Below are positions 50,980 to 62,307 of a stretch of DNA of 64,000 nucleotides, in pieces. The stretch is from positions 75,394,001-75,458,000 of the forward strand of contig NC_058368.1 in NCBI RefSeq assembly GCF_018350175.1. Direction: 5' to 3'. The translations under genes and the position numbers were made by a program. The stretch is from Felis catus (lineage: Eukaryota). Within the stretch, counting starts at the first letter, position 1; the number at the start of each line of letters is the position of its first letter. Under the pieces are notes generated by a model. That model saw nothing but the letters and a program-made list of their open reading frames with translations. It made no database searches and had not been told where the DNA came from.

Positions 50980-51520
50980 TATATATATACATATATATAC
51001 ATATATATATTGTATTATATATTATAATATATATATTATATATTATATACATACATATATTATATGTATATATACACACATATACATATATATTATATAC
51101 ATATATGTATATATACATATTTGCAGGCCGCCCTGCCGACACAAATGGACCCATATTTTCTGCAATATATATTATACACATATATATACACATATGCATA
51201 TATATTATATACATATATGTATATATATATGTATATAATATATATGCATATGTGTATATATATGTGTATAATATATATGTATATGTATATAATATATATG
51301 TATATGTGTATATATATACATATAATATATATGTATATATATGTATGTATATATATAATATATGTATGTATACATACATATATATATAATATATATACAT
51401 ATATGTATACATATATACATATATGTGTATATATGTATATTATATACATATAATATATATGTATATGTGTGTATATATACATATAATATATATATGTATA
51501 TATATGTGTGTATATATATA

Positions 51521-51575
<55 letters not shown>

Positions 51576-51608
51576 GACCTAACTTTTTAGGGTGGAAGTA
51601 GTCAGTAT
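50902..51608. repeat. AT-rich quasi-palindrome bounded by a perfect 40-bp inverted repeat
   Basis: 50902-50941 is the exact reverse complement of 51569-51608. The interior is (TA/CA/TG)n with further inverted matches. Confidence 0.95.
51126..51165 (+). repeat. 40-bp exact direct copy of 53067-53106
   Basis: ggccgccctgccgacacaaatggacccatattttctgcaa occurs at both positions. Confidence 0.97.
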
Positions 51609-54127
51609 ATATATGTATATATATATATGTGTGTGTGTATATATATATATATTAATTTGATAAGACCTATGATTATAGAAATGCATGGAATTTCAAAGCC
51701 TATTATTTTTAGTTGTCATATCCTAGCAAATATCTTCTTCAGATATTAGAATAAAGAAGCGGATCCATTGTTTTTAAACTAAGTCCTTTAAATATATTAA
51801 AAGGATTTCTTGCAACAGCCGTTTTCAATTATTTAATTGATCATCTTTTTTTCATCGTTCCATCATATAGGTGTTTATTTGTATTCACTAGTTTTCTATT
51901 TTATTTTTGTGCCACAAAGAGCATGAATTTTGAGTCAACGGATTAGTGCGTTGAAACTGAATGGCTGCATTATTTTGGTCAATTTCTCTTTCTCAGTAGA
52001 ATTCACACACAATAGGTGAACCCTAAATTGATCTGCTTAACTGAAAAATAGAAAAACAAAACAAAACAAAACAAAAACTATTGACAAGACATGTTGCCTT
52101 TGGGGAATATATCTTTAAATGTGCTGTTTATTTAATATAAATGGTTAATGCTTCTGAATTTCTGTCAAAGTAAAGTACTCAATGTTGTTTGTCTATTGAG
52201 ACTAAAATACTGTGGTCATTTCAAGAAATTTCTTGTAATTTCTTTGCTGTTGCCTACTTTTGTTAAAACATAACTTAATATCACATGTAGAAACAAATCA
52301 CTTGAAGAATTGTACATGAACCCTCATTGGTAGAAATTTTATACCGAGGAGGAGGACTTCATTTTTAAGCTGAATAAGTAATTCTTTTAGCTCAAAAACT
52401 GGTGTTTACCAGTTGCTGGGTATGCACACAGATAAAGTGAAAAAAAAAAGTAACCTGAAATTATTTTAGCTGTAAGGAGTATTCAGAAAACAGGATGCCC
52501 AACTGTAGTTGAACATCTCTCACTCTCTCTTTCTGTCCCTATACATTTTTTTTTCTTCTCCAAACATTTATGGATCAAATACATTCATGATTATGAGGGA
52601 TGAAGCCCATGCGTAGTTCTGAAACCATTGAGATGTTACTCAGGAAGGCTTCATTTTAAAGCTGGCGTTTCATGAATTGATCTGAATTTTCAACATGTAT
52701 AATAAACAAATGATGTTAATTCGCTTTGTACTAACAAGTATCAATAAATGAAAAACGCACATTATGCTTTATTTCAAGTGTTAACCCACTTGAAAGTGCT
52801 TGAGGAATGTGCTATTATTATATAACTACATCAATATTTATAAAGTCTTAGACCTTTTGCTATAGTGTTTTCTTAGGTCCAACATTAAATCAAAAGATAG
52901 TTTTTGCATTATTGTCATTATGGATGATTGGGTGCAAATTAAAATAACAAGAATAATGTTTTTTATCTTGCCACAACCATGTATGTCCACATTTAAGAGC
53001 TTATCTAGCAATGAATTCTTAAGCTTTGTAGAAATAAGCTTTTCAATTCTGATAGCGTTGCTTCTTGGCCGCCCTGCCGACACAAATGGACCCATATTTT
53101 CTGCAAGCTATTTGCAAATGTGTAAACCATCTGTGGCTGAGTGATTAGGGGAGTGCAGGAATATGTATCCTGTATTTGGTCCCCATTGGCCATTTATTTC
53201 TGTTTTATTGTTTTAATTATAAAGACTAATCTTCATTGTGACTGTTATGTGGCATTTGCATGTTAAAAAGTGGCCTCAAATATTCATGTACTTTTAAATT
53301 GCACTATAATTTTGAGAGATATTAATCTGAGATTAATTTGGGGTATCACTGCGTGCTGCTGGAATGGGTCTGCGCTGCATAGTGGTACTGAGACTGGAAG
53401 TTACATTTCAATGTTAACTGACTGTTACATGACAAGTAAACAGGTTTAATTGTATTATTCACCTCATTGACTTTAATGAGTCAATAATAAATGTAATAGG
53501 CACCTCAGGACCAGATGGCATAGGGTAAAAAGTCCCCATGAATACCATTTTTTCCTCTCAAGTATCTGATAAATATGTTAACTTCCTGTGTTGTGGCAAT
53601 TGTTGAAATTTCTTAGCAGCTGGTCAGTTACCCTACACTGCAGGGGCCACCGGGTGTGGTTTACCGCGTTAAGTCTCAGCTTTATATTGGTAGAGAGAGT
53701 TAAGAGTAAAAAAATATGCCCTCTTTCGGAACTACAATGTTGTCATTGAACAATTGTATACAATTATTTAACTCAAACGAATGTTTAAGGAATGGCTCTG
53801 AAAGTGATCATGTAATCAGTCTGAGAGTTAAGAAGAAACTTCCTAACGTCAAAATGCCAATTTCAAAGGCGTATTAGTCGTTTGCCCTTTCTCAACACGT
53901 TTTCCCCTGGTCTTTGCTACTTTCTTTAGCACACACACAGGGTTTAACATGGTGCTAATTGGCAAAGTGCCAGTAACATATATGGTGGAGGGAGCCCCCT
54001 TTAACTGGTAACAGTGGATTTGTTTTCCATCCTTATGTTTGCAGTCTGCTTTATGAACAGCACTTATCGGTGTCCTCTCTTAATAAAACTCTTCTTTTTA
54101 AAAAAAGAATCAAAATACTTCCCCCCA

Positions 54128-54350
54128 GGGGCGCCTGGGTGGCTCAGTCGGTTAAGCGTCCGACTTCAGCTCAGGTCATGATCTCGCAGTCCATGAGTTT
54201 GAGCCCTGCGTCGGGCTCTGGGCTGACGGCTCAGAGCCTGGAGCCTGTTTCCGATTCTGTGTCTCCCTCTCTCTCTCTGCCCCTCCCCTGTTCATACTCT
54301 GTCTCTCTCTGTCTCAAAAATAAATAAAACATTAAAAAAAATTTAAAAAA
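54128..54350 (+). mobile_element. CanSINE (SINEC_Fc family)
   Basis: Full SINE. TSD aatcaaaatacttcccc at 54108 and 54351. Confidence 0.98.
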
Positions 54351-54690
54351 AATCAAAATACTTCCCCTCATGTGATTAAAAAAAAAAAAAGTCCATTCTC
54401 AAATTAGTGTTGAAATGTTGCTTTGGCAACCAAGGAAATACTGGCAATAGTTTCATATGTTACTCTGTTCTTGGAAAAGCAAGTAGATACTCACCTTATT
54501 AACTTAATATTATGGCAAAATAGAATTCCTTTCCCTTCCAGTAAAACTTCAGAACCCATAAAAGACACTAACCCCTAGTCGAGACTACAGCACATTGAAC
54601 GTTACTGAGGTAAAAGGAGAACAGTCTGGTAAAGCCGCTCGCCAGCTTATCTTCATGACTGAAGTTTATTCGATTTTGCCATGAATTTGT

Positions 54691-54936
54691 TTATTTTAAA
54701 TATTTATTTATTTTAGGGTTTATTGAATTACCTAGAGAGAGAGAGAGTGTGTATGTGTGTGTGTGTGTGTGTGCACGAGCAGGGGAGGGGCAGAAAGAGA
54801 GGGAGAGGACCCCAAACAGGCTCCATGCTGTCAGCACCGAGCCCAATGGGGGACTCAAACCCACGAACCATGAGATCACATTATGAGCTGAAGCCAAGCG
54901 CTGAACACTTAGTTGACTGAGCCGCCCAGGTGCCCC
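54691..54936 (-). mobile_element. CanSINE with internal (GT)n
   Basis: SINE body. Degenerate TSD tttgccatgaattt / tttcccatgtattt. Confidence 0.94.
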
Positions 54937-56428
54937 TTTCCCATGTATTTAGTACTTAAAGTTTTGGTTGCAGCTAAGTGCTATGCTGTCTGGGGCACTT
55001 TGCACTTGTGCTGATTTGATGGCAGGGTAACAAAGCTGTTGCTGGGCCTACCTAAGAAAGGACATCTTTGGCGACGGTGGGTGTGTAAGGTGCTTTCATA
55101 TTAGTTGTGGCTCTCTTTCTTGGTAAATGGGACCTTTCTTCTCTTGGCTACGGTAGATTAGAGCTGTTTTCTCTGAAGAAGGTAAAAAAAAAAGAGACTC
55201 TTCTTCATAATTTATAATTTCACATTTGCTCCAAGAGAATGAAACCCAACTCCTGGAAATGACAGAACAGATAGTTGAGAAAAAAAAAATCTCTGACTGA
55301 GAAAAATGAGAAAAACTGGCTCATCTTTTCACATGTAGGAATGGCTTGAGAAGCTTCCAGGATCCATCATGACTGAACTGCGTTTGGAGAGTTTAGATCC
55401 TCTAGGGAAATCCTGGTGATTCTGGAAGGTATTGTAGAGATATTGAGAAGAAAACTGGAGTTTTGACATCCTCTGATAATATAGGATAAAAAATGTAACT
55501 TTAGGATACACTAAAAAGCGAGGCAGTTTGACTAAGCAACCTAAAATTAATCTTGGATTTAAAAAAAAAAGCTCAAGTAAAATAGTAAGAAGAATAAGAG
55601 AGAGAGCAGCTACATTGATGACTGAGACCCTGTTGCTTGAAAAAAGATAATATTGAACTGCAATTCATTGTCCCTCGCCTTCTGACAGAGGAAAATATTT
55701 CCTAAAGAAAATAAAACATTTTCTTATATCTCAAACTATTACTCAGTTTTTTGTTTTGTTTTGTTTTGTTTTTTTATTAACATTATTTTCTACCAAGGAA
55801 GCAAAGAGGAAAAAAACAATACTTTTTAAGAGGAAAAAAAACCAGGGTAAATAAAGGCAGAGAATGGACATGACACACAGAATAGCTACGTCTAACATTT
55901 TCAAGAAGTTAATTACAAATCAATAGTTTCCACAGAGGAATAGAAACCATATAAAAAGGAGCCAAGGAAAACATATAGCTGACTTAAGGACTATGTGCAA
56001 CTAAAAATGCAATAAATATGTTAAACCATTCTTAGATGTTCTGCTTGGGGCTTTGTACGTAGCAAAGCAGCCCCCTCACTGTGATCTGCTGAAAGTCAGA
56101 CCTCGACACAAGGGTTTTAAGAAAAAAGGAAAAAAAATAAACACTAAATACATTTATCAGTAGAGTAGATGCAACTAAAGAGAGAATGAGTCAACTAGAT
56201 AGCATATCTGAAGAATATATCTCCCCCAGAGGAACAGGCTAAAACATCGAAACTACAAACAGATTTCAGAGATATAGGGATACAAGTAGAAAAGCTTAAT
56301 TATACATAAAATTGGAGCTAGTAAGTGCAAGAAACAGAGAATAGAATAGAGTATATTTCACAAACAATAATAGACAATTTTCAGAACTAATGATAGTTAG
56401 CAGGACACTAGTTAAAAGCACTACAATC

Positions 56429-56786
56429 GAACAAGGGTGTATTCTGCTAAGCAAAATAAGTCAGGCAGAGAAAGACAAATATCGTAGGACTTCATTCATA
56501 TGTGGAATTTAAGAAGTACAACAGGTGAACATAGGGGAAGAGAAGGAAAAATAAGATAAAAACAGAGAGGGAGGCAAACAGGAAGAGACTCTTAAACACA
56601 GAGAACAAACTCAGGGTTGTTGGAGGGGAGGTGGGTGGGATGATGGGTTAAATGGGTGATGGAAATAAGGAAGGCACTTGTCGGAATGAGCATTGGGTGT
56701 CACATGCATGTTAACTAATGTTAAGTACTACACTGCATGTTAACTAATTGGAATGTAATTCAATTTAAAAACTAAAAATAAAAAAT
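56429..56786 (+). mobile_element. 5'-truncated carnivore L1 3' end with TSD
   Basis: tgctaagcaaaataagtcaggcagagaaagacaaata...gagaacaaactcagggttg. TSD aaaagcactacaatc (56414) / aaaagcattacaatc (56787). Confidence 0.93.
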
Positions 56787-57049
56787 AAAAGCATTACAAT
56801 CCCCAAGCAGATTTATGCATACGCAGACACACACATAAGGTACATCATAGTAAAACTGCTAAACAGCAGAAATTATGACAAAAATCTGAAAAGTGTTCAT
56901 CAAATTCAGACAAGTTACATTCAAAGGAAAATAATAAGACCCAAACTAAAATAATTGAAGCTATAAAATAATGCAGTTATGTTTTCCAAGTGTTTCAGAC
57001 AAATAAACAAAATACAACAAAAACTATCAACCTAGAATCCCATGCCCAT

Positions 57050-59135
57050 TTAAGAAAACAGTGTTTTTTTATATATTTCATTTCATTTCATTTTTTTTTT
57101 ATTTTAAAGAGAGAGGGCATGAGTAGGGGAGAGAGGCAGAGAGAGGGGGAGAGAAAGAATCCCAAGCAGGATCCATGCTCAGTGCACAGGTCACAACCGT
57201 GAGATCATGACCTGAGCAGAAATCAAGAGTTGGATGCTGAACTGACTGAGTCACCTAGGTGCCCCAGAAAATAATCTTATTTACAGTTGCACCCAAAATA
57301 ATAAGATACCTAAGAATAAACCTAACCAAAGAGGTGAAAGACATGTACTCTGAAAACAATATAACGCTGATGAATGAAATCAAAGACAACACAAAGAAAT
57401 GAAAAGGCATTCCATGCTCATGGATTGAAAGAACAAATATTCTTAAAATGTCCATGCTACCCAAAATAATCTACACACTGAATGCAATCCCTATCAAAAT
57501 ACTAACAGCATTTTTCACAGAACTAGAGCAAACACTCCTAAAATTTGTATGGAACCACAAAAGACCCTGAATAGCCCAAGCAATTTTGAAAAAGAAAAAC
57601 AAAGCTGGATGTGTAATGATTCCAGGTTTTAACTTATATTACAAAGCTGCGGTAATCAAACAGTATGGTGCTGGCCCAAAAATAGACACATAGATCCATA
57701 GAACAGAATAGAAAACCCAAAACAAGTCCACAGTTACATGGCCAATTAATCTTTGATAAAGCAGGAAAGAATATCCAATGGAAAAGTCTCTTCAACAAAT
57801 GTTGTTGAGAAAACTGAATAGTAACATGCAAAAAAAAAAAAATGACACTGGACTACTTTCATACACCATACAGAAAAATAAATTCAAGATAGAATAAAGA
57901 CCTAAATGTGAGACCTGAAACCATAAAAATCCTTGAAGGGAACACAGGCAATAATTACTCTGACATCAGCAGTAGCAACTTCTTACTGATATGTCTCCCA
58001 AGGCAAAGGGAAATAAACTCTTGGGACTTCATCAAAAACAAAAAACAAAAACAGAAAACAAAAAGCAAACTTTTGCACAACAAAGGAAATAGTTAAACAG
58101 TCAACAAAAGTAAAAGGCAACCTACTGGACAGGAGAAGATATTTGTAAATGACATATCCGATAAAGGGTTAGTGTTCAAAATATATAAAGAACTGATAGA
58201 ACTCACTCCGCAAAAACCAAACAGTCCAATTAAAATGGGCAGAAGACATGAACAGGCATTTCTCCAAAGAAGACATACAGACGGCCAACAGACACATGAA
58301 AAATGTTCATTATCACTCATTATCAGGGAAATGTAAACAACACTGCAATGCGATATCCCCTCATACCTTTCAGAATGCCTAAAATCAAAAACTCAAGAAA
58401 CGATAAGTGTTGGTGAGAATGCAGAGAAAAAAGGAGCCCTCTTGCATTGCTGGTGAGAATTTAAACTGGTGCAACCACTGTGGAAACAGTACAGAGGTTC
58501 CTCAAAAAGTTAAAAATAGAATTACCATATAATCCAGTAATTCCACTACTGAGTGTTTACCCAAAGAAAAAGAAAACACTAATTCAAAGGGATATCTTCA
58601 TCCCTATTAGATTGCAGCATTATTTACAATCGCCAAAATATGGAAGCCATCCAAGTGTCCGCCATCCATGGATGAATAGATACAAATGATGTGATACATA
58701 TTACTCAGCTATAAAAAGAAATGAAAGCTTGCCATTTGCAAGAACGAGGATAGAGATAGAGAATACAATGCTAAGCGAAATAAGTCAGAGAAAGACAAAT
58801 ACCATATGATTTCACTTATATGTGGAATTTAAGAATCGAAACAAGAGAGCAAAGGGGAAAGAAGGGGAGAGAGAGAGAGAAAGAGAGAGAGAGAAACCAA
58901 GAAACAGACACTTAACTACAGAGAACAAACTGGTGGTTACCAGAAGGGAGGGCAGTGGGGGATGGGTGAAATAGGTGACGGGGATTAAGGAGGGCACTTG
59001 TCCTGATGAGTACCTGGGGATGTACTGAAGTTTGACTCACTGTATGGTACACTTGAAACTAATAGAATGTTGTGATTTAATTATACTGGGATTAAAATAA
59101 ATAAAATAAAAACAAAACAGAGCAAAATAAAATAA
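57050..59135 (+). mobile_element. Carnivore L1, degenerate ORF2 C-terminal half + 3' UTR
   Basis: Broken ORF2 peptides (e.g. RPETIKILE; METVQRFLKKLKIELPYNPVIPLL), a carnivore-type 3'UTR and an A-rich tail. Many stops and frameshifts. Confidence 0.95.
57066..57265 (-). mobile_element. CanSINE (older) near the 5' end of the L1
   Basis: SINE body. Degenerate TSD agaaaacagtgtt / agaaaataatctt. Confidence 0.93.
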
Positions 59136-59150
59136 GGAAAGCTCTCCCAC

Positions 59151-59152
<2 letters not shown>

Positions 59153-59190
<38 letters not shown>

Positions 59191-59213
59191 ATGCGCGCGC
59201 GTGTGCGTGCATG

Positions 59214-59244
<31 letters not shown>

Positions 59245-59252
59245 ACACATAC
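59153..59252. repeat. (GT)n(GC)n(TA)n alternating purine-pyrimidine tract
   Basis: Direct read. Confidence 0.96.
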
Positions 59253-59574
59253 TTTGAAAATACCTACACAAACAAAAACAGATCATCACCAGTAGAACCA
59301 TACTAAAAGATCTACAAAAAAATCATGTTCTTCAAAATGACCCAATGTGGAAACTCAGAGCTAAAGAGTATAACAAAGAGAAAAACATGTAAACATGTAG
59401 GTGTATTTATAAAAGCAAATTGAATGTTTTACACAAACATGATAACTTATTTTTTTGAAGTACGCACATTATCTACATATGGGTCAACAATTGCATATAA
59501 ATCTGGTAATGGAAATGTATGTAAATTGCTTCAAGGCCACATGGAACGTTTATGAAAATAACCCATTTCTACCC

Positions 59575-59780
59575 TGTGATCCTCAAGGAATGGGAATCTT
59601 TACACCCATCAAGGGACACTTGCTAATGTCTCAAGACATTTTGATGGTCACGATATAGTGGACAATGCTGTGCTGCTGGTGGGTAGGGACCAGGGATGCT
59701 GCTGAACAACACACCCCCACAAGAAAGAATTATTTCATTCAAAATGTCAGTAGCACCATGGTAGAAAATCCCTGTTCTAG
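59575..59780 (+). mobile_element. MER20-like element
   Basis: gggacacttgctaatgtctcaagacattttgatggtcac...gggtagggaccagggatgctgctgaaca...aagaattatttcattcaaaatgtcagtagc. Confidence 0.85.
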
Positions 59781-60418
59781 ACCATAAATCAAATTGTCAG
59801 AAAATTCCAAAAAAATGAAATCACACAGAATACACACTGTGAATAGTATGTCATTAAATTTGGAAAAACAACACAAAGATAACTGGAAAATTCCCACTAT
59901 TATGTAATTGGGAAATTACATCCTAGACTTTTCAAAAATCCAGGAGGCAAAGAAAGAATGTTGATGGGAATTGAAAATGTTTACAATTGAATATAATTTA
60001 GAACTTAGATTTCAAACTCAGCACACACAAATAAAATTGCATCAAAGGAAAATGTCCAACAATTCATGAATTTCATTGAGAAAAATACGGAATAAAATCA
60101 ATTCAAGAAGTTAAAAATAGAACAAGTCAACTCAAAGATAATAAAAGAAAAAAACGATTTAAAAAACTTAACGGAACAGGAAAATGTTTTATATCAATTC
60201 GAATCCATTTATGATAAAAAATCATCACTAAATAGAAAATGGAAGAGATTTCTTTTACTAAAGTATCTACAATTGGAGATCAAAAAGTATTGGGAATACT
60301 GTTTAATATAAGAGACGAGGCACAAATAACTAATATCATAAATGGAAAACAAAACATCATCACAGATTCTACAGAATGAGATGATACTGTGACAAACTTA
60401 AAAAAAATTCTTTTTTGA

Positions 60419-60637
60419 AGGTCGCCTGGGTGGCTGGTTCACTCAGTTAAGCGTTTGACTCTTGGTTTCTGCTCAGGTCAAGATCTTTCAGTGTGTGGTT
60501 TGAGCCCCACATTGGGTTCTGCACTGAGTGCGAACAGTGCAAAGTCTGCTTGGGATTTTCTCCCTCTCTCTCTGCCCCTCGTCTGTTTGTTCTCTCCCTC
60601 TCCCTCTCTCAAAATAAATAAATAAAACTAAAAAAAT
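60419..60637 (+). mobile_element. CanSINE (older subfamily)
   Basis: cgcctgggtggct...cagttaagcgtttgactcttgg, CT tract and aaaataaataaata tail. Confidence 0.93.
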
Positions 60638-61494
60638 GGGAAAAAAGAAATAAATTTGAAAATTTATGTAAAATCGACAGATTTCTAGAAAAATAATAGC
60701 ATTCTGCCAATATTAGTCACCATTTTTTTATAGTCTTACTGTGGTTTTCTAAGAGAATGCCCTTGCATGTAGGAAAAGGTATTGAAATAGTGATAAAATG
60801 TATCAACTTTGATACTTACTCTCAGAAAAAAAAGTGCATGTGTGTGTTTGTGAGTGTGTGTGTATGTATGTGTGCATCATAAAGTATATCAACATTTTAA
60901 AAACTTGGAAATATCAAATAGGTTGCTATTCGAAAACTTCTCACTACTAGCGGGAGTGCATTTGGTCTAATGACTCAGAATAACGTGGGCAAATATCTTC
61001 TAATACTGAGACTATGCGTGACATACCAAGGCGTTGCACAGCAAATGTAATGTACATGCAGATACAAGTAAGCCAAAAGTCTGTTCCAAACACTAACGTG
61101 AAACAACTCAAAAGTCCATCATAAATACAATGGATAAACAGTTAGTGTACCCTTCATAAAATGGGATTGGAGAGCGATGAAAGTAAATGAACTATCGTTA
61201 CATAAAATGACACGGATGGAAAGATGCAAACTGAAATGATTACCTACTTTATGACCCTGTGCATATGAAATTGAAAACCAGACAAACTCAATGTATACTG
61301 TAGAATCCTGGAAAGTGATGACAGATGGGTAGGGATCCAGGTCACGAGGGGGCGTCTGGGGTGCTGATCACTTTCCATTATTTGAGCTGGGACGGTACTT
61401 CTGCACTTGTATTCAGTTTGAAATTATTAATTGAGCTATATGATCCTGTTTTCTGCACTCTCCTGTGGCTTCATTCTTCAACAGAAAATGTGTG

Positions 61495-61704
61495 GGGGCG
61501 CCTGGATGGCTCAGTCGGTTGAGCCTCCCACTCCTGATCTCAGTTCAGGTCACGATCTCACGGTTCATGAGTTGGATCCCTGTGTCGGGCTCTTGTCTGA
61601 CAGCGTGAAACCTGCTTGGGATTCCCTCTCTCCCTCTCTCTCTGCCCTTTCCCTGATCACTCTCTCTCCTTCCCCAAATAAATAAATGGTTAGGAAAAAA
61701 AAAA
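61495..61704 (+). mobile_element. CanSINE (older subfamily)
   Basis: ggggcgcctggatggctcagtcggttgag head, CT tract and A tail. Confidence 0.95.
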
Positions 61705-62087
61705 TGTTTAGAAATAGAAAAAAATATGCATGTAGACAATTGTAATCGACCCTGTGAATTTATCATCTTTCCATTTTACTGGAAGTGAATCGCATCTTCT
61801 AAACAGGTACTCACAGTGCATCTTTTCCTCTAGGTCAAGTCCCCTTCATCATAACCCTACCTCCTGACTCTAATGATCTGTATTCAAAACGAAGAAACTC
61901 CAGGAGACTGACTGTCCCTCATCAGTGCCTGATGAAAACAGGCGAGCTCAGATTGAATAGCATTTGTCCAGCACAGGAAACCGAATCAGGTTTTCCCAAT
62001 TCTAGATCTGAACAAAGTATCTTTTTTAAAATTTGAGAGAGTCCCTTGAGCATACATTGGGTGCCTGATTTAAAAATACTCTTCCCA

Positions 62088-62307
62088 GGGGCGCCTGGGT
62101 GGCTCGGTCGGTTAAGCGTCTGACTTCTGCTCAGGTCATGATCTCACGGTCCGTGAGTTTGAGCCCCGCGTCGGTCTCTGTGCTGACAGCTCGGGGCCTG
62201 GCGCCTGTTTCAGATTCTGTGTCTCCCTCTCTCTCTGCCCCTCCCCTGTTCATGCTGTGTCTCTCTCCCAAAAATAAATAAACGTTAAAAAAATAAAAAA
62301 ATAAAAA
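62088..62307 (+). mobile_element. CanSINE (SINEC_Fc family)
   Basis: Full SINE. Perfect TSD taaaaatactcttccc at 62071 and 62308. Confidence 0.98.

Larger units (their letters stand above)
55800..61480 (+). mobile_element. Ancient fragmented L1M host element (ORF1 to 3' UTR remnants) with nested insertions
   Basis: ORF1-like text (aagagagaatgagtcaactaga; tacatcatagtaaaactgct; caacctagaatc) resumes after the younger L1 at ~59260. ORF2 and 3'UTR remnants continue to ~61480. Boundaries are approximate. Confidence 0.7.

Noticed and set aside
50909..51601. Y/I/M-rich ORFs of 70-167 aa (also 48418-48815 and 36354-36598)
   Set aside because: These are translations of stop-poor (TA)n/(CA)n repeats.
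54070..54327. Recurrent 'GAWVAQSVKRPTSAQVMIS' ORFs and tRNA-like A/B boxes
   Set aside because: They derive from the tRNA-related CanSINE head and are neither genes nor tRNAs.
57255..58997. L1 ORF2-like peptides as a functional CDS
   Set aside because: The element is 5'-truncated with many stops and frameshifts, so it is inactive.
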